Positions 20,217 to 28,953 of a stretch of 64,000 bases of DNA are shown here, piece after piece. Below the pieces are notes generated by a model, which did no database searches, was not told the origin of the DNA, and saw only the letters and a list, made by a program, of their open reading frames with translations. The position numbers and the translations under genes were made by a program. Each line of letters opens with the position of its first letter. Positions within the stretch are counted from its first letter, which is position 1. The stretch is from Bacteroidota bacterium (GTDB lineage: Bacteria; Bacteroidota; Bacteroidia; NS11-12g; UBA955). Location: contig JAIYAW010000006.1 in assembly GCA_027488835.1 (NCBI GenBank), positions 556-64,555 on the forward strand. Direction: 5' to 3'.

Positions 20217-20860
20217 TTTTTTATAATTGCAGATAACCCATCTCGAATAGGCAACACAAGTGTTTTCCAATTTGTACATTTAGCAAGTTCTTGATTGAAA
20301 GCATGCATTTTTTTTGTGTCTTTGTCTTTTTCTATAAATTCGATCTCTAAAACTTTTCCGCTCCAAAGTGTATTATCAAAAAGCATAATACCGCCCTTTT
20401 GTAATATAGGTAAGCACATATTGAAGTAATTGATATAATTATGCTTGTCTGCATCAACAAAAATGAAGTCTGGTTTTAAATTTAAAGTGGGCAGAATCTC
20501 AAGTGCAGGACCTTCATGAAATTGAACTTTCTCCATAAAATTATAATTTTTCCAGAAAGATTTTGTTTTAAAAGCGGTTTCTAGATCGGCTTCAATGGTA
20601 TGTATTTGTGTTTCGTTAGATGCATTTTCTGTAAGACAGGCTGTTGCATACCCTGTAAATGTTCCTATTTCTAAAATACATTGGGGATTTTTAAGCGCAA
20701 CGAGCAAAGACAAAAGTTGGCCTTGGAGTTTTCCACTTAATTGTCGGGCATTTAACATGTTTCGCCAGGTAAATGCAGTATTATCTTTCAGATATTGCTG
20801 TTCTGGGCTGCTATTTTGTTCACAATAAATATGAAGTTTGTCTTGCCAATCTGGGTGCAT
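20213..20860 (-). CDS. Class I SAM-dependent O-methyltransferase (family 3, caffeoyl-CoA OMT-like)
   Basis: SAM motif ILEIGTFTGYATACL plus FIFVDADKHNY and GGIMLFDNTLWSGKV, typical of family-3 OMTs. Confidence 0.8.
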   Translation of the reverse strand: MHPDWQDKLHIYCEQNSSPEQQYLKDNTAFTWRNMLNARQLSGKLQGQLLSLLVALKNPQCILEIGTFTGYATACLTENASNETQIHTIEADLETAFKTKSFWKNYNFMEKVQFHEGPALEILPTLNLKPDFIFVDADKHNYINYFNMCLPILQKGGIMLFDNTLWSGKVLEIEFIEKDKDTKKMHAFNQELAKCTNWKTLVLPIRDGLSAIIKN

Positions 20861-20944
20861 AATAAAATGATTACAAAAATGGTGTTGTTTTATACAAATA
20901 AAAATATATTTTCGCGCTAAATTAAAACTTAAAAAAAAAAGCTT

Positions 20945-21166
20945 ATGTATTGGACACTTGAATTGGTTAGTTATTTGGACGACGCTCCATGGCCAGCAAC
21001 GAAAGATGAATTAATTGACTACGGAATTCGTTCAGGCGCTCCTTTAGAGGTTATTGAAAATCTTCAAGAATTGGAAGATGATGGAGAACCTTATGAGAGC
21101 ATCGAAGAAATTTGGAGTGATTATCCTACGGATGATGATTACTTTTTCAACGAAGATGAATTATAA
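20945..21166 (+). CDS. Small acidic DUF2795-like protein
   Basis: 73 aa with a WPATKDELIDYG...GAP..V...L motif. Flanked by its own terminator. Confidence 0.6.
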   Translation: MYWTLELVSYLDDAPWPATKDELIDYGIRSGAPLEVIENLQELEDDGEPYESIEEIWSDYPTDDDYFFNEDEL

Positions 21167-21194
21167 AAAGAGCGGCAATTGCCGCTCTTTTTTG
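21165..21194. terminator. Bidirectional terminator between the DUF2795 gene and hflX
   Basis: 20-nt perfect palindrome AGAGCGGCAATTGCCGCTCT flanked by A5 and T6. Confidence 0.85.
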
Positions 21195-21214
21195 TAATAG
21201 AAATGTAAAAAAAA

Positions 21215-22387
21215 TTAATATCCTGGTGTTCGTACTTTCAATAATTCATTAACAACTGAATCTCTTAATCGATCTACGTTGGTTTTATTGGTTGCTGAAA
21301 TAAATACTGCAGGCGCATTTTCTTTTGCCATCCAACTTTTTTCAAATTGATCGATTGTTAAGCCGGTAGTGCCAACAAAAAAGTCGTCATCATGTCCCTT
21401 AAAAGCATCAACTTTGTTAAAAACAATTAACTCTGGCTTGTCAGAAGCACCTATGCTGTGCAGCGTTTCTTTTACAGATTGCATTTGTTTTTCATAGTTA
21501 GGGTTGCTAATATCTACAACATGTATTAACAAATCGGCTTCTAATGCTTCCGCTAAGGTGCTTTTAAAACTTTCCACCAAAAGGGTAGGTAGTTTTCTAA
21601 TGAATCCTACGGTATCGCTTAATAAAATGGGTACATTTTCGCCTTCTTCAGATGGATTAGGCAGCACGATTTTACGCACAGTAGAATCTAATGTGGCAAA
21701 AAATTTGTCCTCAACCAATACGTCAGAACGACTTAATAAATTCATAATTGTGCTTTTACCAACGTTTGTGTAACCAACCAATGCAGCCCTGAGCGCTCCT
21801 TCTCTCGATGCCCTTTGAGTGATGCCAATTTTTTCAATATGAAGTAGCCGTTCTTTTAAAAGGGTAATTTTAGCTCGGAGTGTACGTCTGTCAGTTTCAA
21901 TTTCAGTTTCACCCGGCCCCTTCATACCAATACCACCTTTTTGTTTGCTTAAATGCGTCCACATACCCGTAAGTCTTGGCAACAGGAAAACACTTTGCGC
22001 TAATTCAACTTGTGTTTTGGCTTGGGCAGTTTGTGCATTTTTTGCAAAAATATCGAGAATCAGGTGTGTTCTAGTAAGTACTTTTACGTCAATTATTTCT
22101 TTTTCAAGATTTCTAACCTGTGCAGGGCTTAATTCATCGTCAAATATTGCAATATCAACTCTGTTGTTTTTGCAGTATTCAGCAATTTCTTGCATTTTCC
22201 CTTTTCCAACATAGGTTTTGGCGTGGGGGTGTTCAAGTTTTTGGGTAAATCTTTTTATGCTTTTTGCCCCCGACGTATAAACCAATTGCTCAAGTTCATC
22301 GAGATATTCATCTACTGGCAACTCTTGTCTTTGAGATTGCACTCCCACAATGATTGCAATTTCTTGAGGTTTTTCGTTTTCTATCAA
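21215..22387 (-). CDS. hflX: GTPase HflX
   Basis: HflX N-terminal domain, G1 GYTNVGKST, G3 DTVGFI and G4 NKVD. Apparent TTG start. Confidence 0.92.
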   Translation of the reverse strand: MIENEKPQEIAIIVGVQSQRQELPVDEYLDELEQLVYTSGAKSIKRFTQKLEHPHAKTYVGKGKMQEIAEYCKNNRVDIAIFDDELSPAQVRNLEKEIIDVKVLTRTHLILDIFAKNAQTAQAKTQVELAQSVFLLPRLTGMWTHLSKQKGGIGMKGPGETEIETDRRTLRAKITLLKERLLHIEKIGITQRASREGALRAALVGYTNVGKSTIMNLLSRSDVLVEDKFFATLDSTVRKIVLPNPSEEGENVPILLSDTVGFIRKLPTLLVESFKSTLAEALEADLLIHVVDISNPNYEKQMQSVKETLHSIGASDKPELIVFNKVDAFKGHDDDFFVGTTGLTIDQFEKSWMAKENAPAVFISATNKTNVDRLRDSVVNELLKVRTPGY

Positions 22388-22406
22388 AATAATTCAAATT
22401 AGGGTA

Positions 22407-22414
22407 CAAAATTA
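22407..22414 (-). promoter_or_regulatory. -7 box TAATTTTG upstream of hflX (19 nt to TTG)
   Basis: Exact TAnnTTTG on the minus strand. Confidence 0.35.
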
Positions 22415-22460
22415 CGATTGTATTTGCGAATGTGGTGTTTGAAATCGAATTTTGAGGGAT

Positions 22461-23927
22461 ATGCGTAAAATACTATTGCTAATTTTCCTTTTTTTGATGA
22501 GTTTGGGAGTAAATGCGCAGCAGTATATTTTGTCTAATAAATCTCAGTTAAATCAAAAAAACAGTTTGTTTCATAGACCAATTGGGCAGAATTGTTTAGG
22601 GAATTATTTTTTAAATTATGCCAGAGAGAATTTGGCGGGTGGCTTTAGTATTGAGCTATATGATAATGATTTGGGTTTTGTTGAAGATCAATTTTTTGAA
22701 TTAGGGAGAAAGGTTTTTGTATTAAAAATTTTCACAACTGATTCTGGAATTTATTGGGTGAGTGTTTTGAAAAAAAGAAAGGAGCCGTTGAGGTTATTTT
22801 TAAATAGAATTGCCAATGATTTAAATGGAATTGTGGAAACTAAGATTATTGCTAATTTTGATTTGCCTAACATTGGTATGGATCATTTGTTAGTTGATTA
22901 CAGTTTGGATAGAAAACAGTGGGTTTTTGGATACATTAATGAAATAAAAAGAAATACAAGTTTAATTGGAGTTTCCATTTATAATTTAAAAGGCGAACGA
23001 ATATTTCAGAACTCTGACACACTTAAAATACAGAGAGATTATTTGATTTGGGACGCAGGATCTTTGTCAGATAGTTCAAAATTTGTTGGAACCATCTTGG
23101 CTAATTTGCCGAGAGAGTTTGGTTCTAAATCTGCAAAAAATCAAGAGTTTCATATTTGTTCATTTTCTGAAAAAATGAGTGAAATTTTCAAACTAAACTT
23201 GTATCACGGAAGCTATCTAAATTCAATTTTAACAATCGATCCAATAAATCAGGATTGGCATATAAGTGGGCTGTATTCAAATGCGAGTGGGATTGATGTC
23301 GTTGGATGTTTTGATCAAGTAATTTCACATATTAATTTCCCTCAAAAAATATATAATGATTATGAATTTCAGCAACGTACAATTGATCAAATTTTGGAAA
23401 TTAAAAGTAATAAAAGGAAAGAACTGCCAAGGGATTTATTTTTGCGACGCTTGATTTTAAATTCAAATGGAAGCAAGATCTTATTATTGGAACAGTATAA
23501 TGAAATCCGACAATTAGAAACTTACTATGTCAATGGAATTCCTCAAACTGCAACAAAAATATCCTATCATTACGGAGATATTATCAGTTTGTTTATGAAT
23601 AAAGATTTTGCGTTAGATAGCTGCTTTGTGATCAAAAAAGATCAATCTGCTACAATTTCAAATGCCTATTTGTTAGGTTTTGGTAGCTACGTTTGTAAAG
23701 ATGGAATTCATCTTGTTTTTAACGATGATATTGCTAGAAAAAATCAAATTTTGGATTATTGTATTCAACCAAATTTTCAAATTGCGAAAAAAGTGGTTAT
23801 GAATAGTGATAATTTCTATAATTTGGTTGTTCCATTTGATGGAAAAGAGATGGATTATTGTACATTTACGGTACCTTTGTTCCGCGATAAACAATGGTTT
23901 TGGATGCAGTTAACAGGCAATGATTAG
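22461..23927 (+). CDS. Hypothetical secreted protein
   Basis: The ORF track starts at TTG 22452. ATG 22461 gives a clean signal peptide MRKILLLIFLFLMSLGVNAQQ. No motif I recognise. Confidence 0.65.
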   Translation: MRKILLLIFLFLMSLGVNAQQYILSNKSQLNQKNSLFHRPIGQNCLGNYFLNYARENLAGGFSIELYDNDLGFVEDQFFELGRKVFVLKIFTTDSGIYWVSVLKKRKEPLRLFLNRIANDLNGIVETKIIANFDLPNIGMDHLLVDYSLDRKQWVFGYINEIKRNTSLIGVSIYNLKGERIFQNSDTLKIQRDYLIWDAGSLSDSSKFVGTILANLPREFGSKSAKNQEFHICSFSEKMSEIFKLNLYHGSYLNSILTIDPINQDWHISGLYSNASGIDVVGCFDQVISHINFPQKIYNDYEFQQRTIDQILEIKSNKRKELPRDLFLRRLILNSNGSKILLLEQYNEIRQLETYYVNGIPQTATKISYHYGDIISLFMNKDFALDSCFVIKKDQSATISNAYLLGFGSYVCKDGIHLVFNDDIARKNQILDYCIQPNFQIAKKVVMNSDNFYNLVVPFDGKEMDYCTFTVPLFRDKQWFWMQLTGND

Positions 23928-24912
23928 GAAGTTTTTTGATAATAAAATAGGTTCTTTGACTTTGGTTATTTTGGTAATCATGCTCATAAGAATTCCCATT
24001 TATTTTATTACGCAATATCAACCTACTAATACATTAAACACTGGAATATTATCAAACTTTATCAATGAAATTAATTCAGTTCGTTGGTTGTCGTTTGTTC
24101 TTTCATTTATTGTTGTCATTATTGAGGGATTAATTGTCAATAAAATATGTTGGGAGTATAATATTGTTGAAAAACCTGGTTATGTTATTTTGTATTTTTT
24201 TGCAATAGTAAATTCATGTTTTTTAGAAAATTTTTACCTTTCGAATGTTCAATTGGGGAATGTTTTTGTTTTAATTGGGATAACTTATTTTTACGTATTT
24301 GTAAAGAACAATTATCATAGAAAATGGCTCTTTTTAAGTGCACTCTTTTTCGGTATAAGTGCTTTATGTATTGCTGAGCATTATTGGGTTATCATTTTCT
24401 TAATTGTTGCAATTATCTTATTCAAACCAATTTTACCATTAGATATATTTGCTATTTTATTTGGATTGATTATGCCTTATTATTTGGTTTCGGCAGTCGG
24501 ATATTTATCAAATTTTTCTTATGATTTTTATAATACTTGGCAATTTTGGGTAATAAAGAATAAGACTTTAGACTTTCATTGGCTCAAGGATGGACCCGAA
24601 ATTTTATTGCTGTTTTTATTGCTAATTTTTGTATTTGTTGGAGTATTACAAATAGTCGGTAGTTATTTTAGATCTAATGTTGAAACCAGGCGTAGCAAAT
24701 TGGCAATGTTGATTTTTGGATTTTATGTACTTTCAATATTTTTTATCAGATTCAAAGATTATTCACATTATTTTATAATTGCATCAATTCCAGTTTCTAT
24801 ATTTATATCTGGTTTTTACGAGGGAAATAAATGGAGGAAGTGGAAAGAGTTTTTACATATTACAACGCTGTTGTTTTTACTATATACTCTCTTCAGGAAT
24901 TCAACTTTGTAA
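23920..24912 (+). CDS. Hypothetical polytopic membrane protein
   Basis: 330 aa with about 9 hydrophobic helices. The start overlaps the upstream stop by 8 nt, implying translational coupling. Confidence 0.65.
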   Translation: MIRKFFDNKIGSLTLVILVIMLIRIPIYFITQYQPTNTLNTGILSNFINEINSVRWLSFVLSFIVVIIEGLIVNKICWEYNIVEKPGYVILYFFAIVNSCFLENFYLSNVQLGNVFVLIGITYFYVFVKNNYHRKWLFLSALFFGISALCIAEHYWVIIFLIVAIILFKPILPLDIFAILFGLIMPYYLVSAVGYLSNFSYDFYNTWQFWVIKNKTLDFHWLKDGPEILLLFLLLIFVFVGVLQIVGSYFRSNVETRRSKLAMLIFGFYVLSIFFIRFKDYSHYFIIASIPVSIFISGFYEGNKWRKWKEFLHITTLLFLLYTLFRNSTL

Positions 24913-25534
24913 TGTTATTTTGAATAGCGAATTGTATTACCAAAACGAGTTTTTCTAATTCGACTTTTTGTTCTTCATTCCAATCAAACTTATATGCATT
25001 CACTTGATTGTAAATTCTATTTAAACCATATACTATTCCTGATTCGTTTAAGTATTTGAATAAATACTTAGATTCTAAAAAAAGATTATACTTTTCTAAA
25101 AACAAGTTCGGATTTTGGTGGTTTATTTGTTTAAGTAACCCGGGAATTTCAGATTTGCATAATTCTAACTGCTCATAAAACTCGTGTAGTTTGTTTTGAT
25201 CTTGAGAAATAAGGATCTTATCCAAAATCATTTCTATCAAAACGTGAAGTGCAAAGTAAAACCGGGGTATGTTGGTTTTTTGAAATATATTTTTTGTTAT
25301 TTCATGACAAACTTGATATGTGTCTTCGAAAAATATCGACTGATGGAAAATTTTGTCTCTTTCAAAGTGTTTAAGCACACCAGATTGCCAATCGCTATCA
25401 CAAAGATGATGCAATAATTTTTTATCGTATAGATTTGCCGTAAAGTTCCTAAGCAAATCTGGGGTTAAAATTCCAAAATTGTGTTTCGGATTATTGGGTA
25501 TGTTGTCTAAATAGTAATGCCCGAAGAAATTCAC
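24893..25534 (-). CDS. ACP phosphodiesterase (AcpH)-like protein
   Basis: The N-terminus MNFFGHYYLD resembles AcpH MNFLAHLHLA. 213 aa, GTG start. Tentative call. Confidence 0.5.
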   Translation of the reverse strand: MNFFGHYYLDNIPNNPKHNFGILTPDLLRNFTANLYDKKLLHHLCDSDWQSGVLKHFERDKIFHQSIFFEDTYQVCHEITKNIFQKTNIPRFYFALHVLIEMILDKILISQDQNKLHEFYEQLELCKSEIPGLLKQINHQNPNLFLEKYNLFLESKYLFKYLNESGIVYGLNRIYNQVNAYKFDWNEEQKVELEKLVLVIQFAIQNNITKLNS

Positions 25535-25598
25535 AAAGCAAAGTTCAAGGATTTGGATCGTTTATAAAACAATCAAACCATTATATTGTTAAACAATT

Positions 25599-26090
25599 AT
25601 GAATTGGTTAATAATGGCAATAAGTTTTTATTTTGTTGGATGTTCGTCAATTTCTAAAAATAAAGTTACGAATATGGATCAAAATAACAATCAATTTCCA
25701 ATTGAGAAAACAGATAGTGAATGGAAAGCAGTGCTTGGTGATTTTTCATTTCATGTGATGAGGGAAAAAGGAACGGAAAAACCTTTTTCAAGTGAGTATG
25801 AAACGCTTTGGGATTCTGGAACATACGTATGTAAGGGATGTAACTTAGAATTGTTTTCAAGTGATACAAAATTTGATGCCGGTTGTGGCTGGCCAAGTTT
25901 TTATCAATCGATTGATAAATCAAAAGTGAAAGAAATTCTAGATACAACCTATGGAATGACGAGGGTTGAAGTTGTTTGTGCAAAATGCGGAGGACATTTG
26001 GGGCATGTTTTTAATGATGGATATAATCAACCAACAGGGCTCAGATATTGTATCAATGGAGCTTCATTGGGCTTTGTAAAAAAGCAATAA
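25599..26090 (+). CDS. msrB: Peptide-methionine (R)-S-oxide reductase MsrB with lipoprotein signal peptide
   Basis: Two CxxC zinc motifs (CKGCN, CAKCGGHLGHVF) and the catalytic RYCINGASL. The N-terminus has a lipobox-like YFVGC. Confidence 0.92.
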   Translation: MNWLIMAISFYFVGCSSISKNKVTNMDQNNNQFPIEKTDSEWKAVLGDFSFHVMREKGTEKPFSSEYETLWDSGTYVCKGCNLELFSSDTKFDAGCGWPSFYQSIDKSKVKEILDTTYGMTRVEVVCAKCGGHLGHVFNDGYNQPTGLRYCINGASLGFVKKQ

Positions 26091-26136
26091 ATAAATCAAA
26101 TTTTAGGTAAAAAATTTCTTAACTTGCTACCTTTAT

Positions 26137-28953
26137 ATGCAAGAGCGGAAATTGTTTTTATTAGATGGTATGGCCCTCGTTTATCGGGCCTTTTTTGCGT
26201 TTAGCCAAAATCCAAGAATTACAAGCACGGGAATAAATGCAAGTGCTATGTTTGGTTTTACTAACACATTGTTAGACATCCTAAATAAACAAAAACCCAC
26301 TCATATTGCAGTGGTTTTTGATACAGATAAGCCTACCCAACGACATATTGAGTATGAAAAGTATAAGGCGCATAGGGATCCAATGCCAGAAGATTTAAGA
26401 AAAAGTTTGCCTTACATTGTTAAAATATTAAATGGTTTTAATATCCAAGTAATTTCAATGGATGGATATGAAGCCGATGATATTATTGGCACATTGGCAT
26501 GGCAGGCAGAAAATATGGATGTTTTTATGATGACCCCCGACAAAGATTTTGGGCAATTGGTAAAAGAGAGAGTTCATATTTACAAGCCTGGAAGAATGGG
26601 TAATCCTGATGAAATTTTAGGAGTGGATGAAATCCTAAAAAAGTGGGAAATTGAAAGGGTTGATCAGGTTATTGATATTCTGGGTTTGTGGGGTGATGCT
26701 GCCGACAACATTCCTGGAGTACCCGGTGTTGGAGAAAAAACTGCCAAAAAGTTAATCCAAGAGTATGGCACTATGGAAAATATTTTGGCCCATACCCATG
26801 AATTAAAAGGCAAAATGAAAGAAAAATTCGAAGAGTTTTCTGAACAAGCCAAAGTAAGTAAATGGTTGGCAACCATCGATACCAAAGTGCCCGTTCATAT
26901 TGATATTGAATCTTTGGAAATTAAACCCAAAAATGCAGAACTCATTACTGAAGTATTCCATGAATTAGAATTTAGGACTTTACTAAAACGTGTTTTAGGT
27001 GTAGCAGCAACAGAAGAACCAACAAATATTGCGCCGGCTGCCAAAGCAAAACCAGCTGCCAAATCAAATCCAGCACAAACTTCAATGTTCGATTTGTTTA
27101 CTCAACCAGAATCAGACGAAGAAGAAATTGTTGCGCCAATTTACCAAACAATTCAAGATATACCTCATAGTTACAAAGCAATTTTGATAGATTCTGAAAT
27201 AGATCAATTGATTCATGAATTGGACAATAGGGAAGAATTTTGTTTTGATACTGAAACAACCGATTTAGATTTGTTTGTTGCTGAAATTGTAGGAATTTCA
27301 TTCTCTTGGTTAAATGGCCAAGGAGTTTATTTACCTATGCCAAATAATTTTGAAGACGCCAAGAATGTCCTTCATAAATTTCAACCCTTATTTCTTTCAA
27401 ATAAGTTAAAAATAGCTCAAAATTTGAAATTTGACATGGCAATGCTCAAAAAATATGATCTAAGAATGGTCGGGCCTTTTTATGATACCATGTTAGCACA
27501 TTATCTGGTTGAGCCAGACCAACGCCACAATATGCAAGTGTTAAGTGAGCATTATTTGAATTACTCGCCAATTAGTATTGAAACTTTAATTGGTAAAAAA
27601 GGCAAAATGCAAGGAAATATGTCTGATGTAGACATTGAAAAAATTGCCGAATATGCCGCTGAAGATACCGATGTTACACTTCAACTGAAACAAAAATTGA
27701 TGGTTGAGATTGAAGAGAGGGGATTGAATTCTGTTTTTAATGATATTGAAATTCCTTTGGTTGAAGTGCTCATGGAAATGGAATATGAAGGTGTTAAAAT
27801 TGATACCGATTTCTTAAATGCATACAGCAAAGAATTACAGTCGCAGGCTTTGGAATTGCAAACAAAAATATTTGAAAGTGCAGGTATGCAATTTAATATT
27901 TCTTCGCCACAGCAAGTTGGTGCTGTACTGTTTGAACGATTGAAGCTATCTGACAAGCCAAAGAAAACAAAAACAGGCCAATATCAAACCGACGAAGAAA
28001 CGCTTGTCTCATTGATGGGGAAACATGAAATTATTGAATACATAATGAATTTTAGGGCATTGCAGAAGCTTAAAGGAACTTATGTTGACGCACTTCCTTT
28101 ATTGGTTAAAAATCAAACAGGCAGGGTTCATACAAGTTTTAATCAAGCTGTGGCGGCAACTGGACGTTTAAGTAGTCAAAATCCGAATTTGCAAAATATT
28201 CCAATTCGTACAGATTTGGGCAGAGAAATTAGAAAAGCGTTTGTTCCTAGAGATGAAAATCATTTGCTGTTAAGTGCAGATTATTCTCAAATTGAATTGA
28301 GAATCATTGCGCACATTTCAAAAGATGTTACCATGATTGAAGCTTTTAATCAAGGTTTAGACATTCATACCGCAACTGCTGCAAAAGTTTGGGGTGTTGA
28401 ATTGGCTGATGTAGATAAGGAAATGCGTAGAAAAGCCAAAACAGTGAATTTTGGTATCATATATGGTATTTCAGCATTTGGATTAAGTCAGAGAGTTAAT
28501 ATTTCAAGATCTGAAGCAAAAGAAATTATTGAAAATTACTTTATTCAGTTTCCAGGAATTAAATCATACATGGACAATACCATTAATTCTGCCCGTGATT
28601 TGGGCTATGTAGAAACTTTGGTGGGTAGAAAACGTAATTTAAGAGATATCAATAGCAAGAATGCTGTGGTTAGAGGTTTTGCGGAACGAAATGCAATCAA
28701 TGCACCCATTCAAGGAAGTGCAGCTGATATGATTAAAATTGCCATGATTAATATTCAAAATTGGTTGAAATCAACCACCTTGCAAACCAAAATGATGTTA
28801 CAAGTGCATGATGAATTGTTGTTTGATGTCCCTAAAAACGAAATAGATATAGTTCAGTCCAAAGTAAAAGAATTAATGGAATCAGCAATGTCATTAGATG
28901 TGCCAATTTTGGTAGAAACTGGTGTCGGAAACAACTGGTTAGAAGCGCATTAA
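26137..28953 (+). CDS. polA: DNA polymerase I
   Basis: 5' nuclease domain (LFLLDGMALVYRAFFA), 3'-5' exo motif FDTETT, and pol motifs A DYSQIELR, B RRKAKTVNFGIIYG and C QVHDEL. 938 aa. Confidence 0.97.
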   Translation: MQERKLFLLDGMALVYRAFFAFSQNPRITSTGINASAMFGFTNTLLDILNKQKPTHIAVVFDTDKPTQRHIEYEKYKAHRDPMPEDLRKSLPYIVKILNGFNIQVISMDGYEADDIIGTLAWQAENMDVFMMTPDKDFGQLVKERVHIYKPGRMGNPDEILGVDEILKKWEIERVDQVIDILGLWGDAADNIPGVPGVGEKTAKKLIQEYGTMENILAHTHELKGKMKEKFEEFSEQAKVSKWLATIDTKVPVHIDIESLEIKPKNAELITEVFHELEFRTLLKRVLGVAATEEPTNIAPAAKAKPAAKSNPAQTSMFDLFTQPESDEEEIVAPIYQTIQDIPHSYKAILIDSEIDQLIHELDNREEFCFDTETTDLDLFVAEIVGISFSWLNGQGVYLPMPNNFEDAKNVLHKFQPLFLSNKLKIAQNLKFDMAMLKKYDLRMVGPFYDTMLAHYLVEPDQRHNMQVLSEHYLNYSPISIETLIGKKGKMQGNMSDVDIEKIAEYAAEDTDVTLQLKQKLMVEIEERGLNSVFNDIEIPLVEVLMEMEYEGVKIDTDFLNAYSKELQSQALELQTKIFESAGMQFNISSPQQVGAVLFERLKLSDKPKKTKTGQYQTDEETLVSLMGKHEIIEYIMNFRALQKLKGTYVDALPLLVKNQTGRVHTSFNQAVAATGRLSSQNPNLQNIPIRTDLGREIRKAFVPRDENHLLLSADYSQIELRIIAHISKDVTMIEAFNQGLDIHTATAAKVWGVELADVDKEMRRKAKTVNFGIIYGISAFGLSQRVNISRSEAKEIIENYFIQFPGIKSYMDNTINSARDLGYVETLVGRKRNLRDINSKNAVVRGFAERNAINAPIQGSAADMIKIAMINIQNWLKSTTLQTKMMLQVHDELLFDVPKNEIDIVQSKVKELMESAMSLDVPILVETGVGNNWLEAH

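Noticed and set aside
21215-22387. HflX, and the ABC-F ATPase at 61616-63541, as an acquired antibiotic-resistance island.
   Set aside because: Both are single, full-length housekeeping-type genes embedded among core genes. They show no compositional shift by eye, no mobile-element genes and no leader peptide or attenuator typical of inducible resistance alleles.
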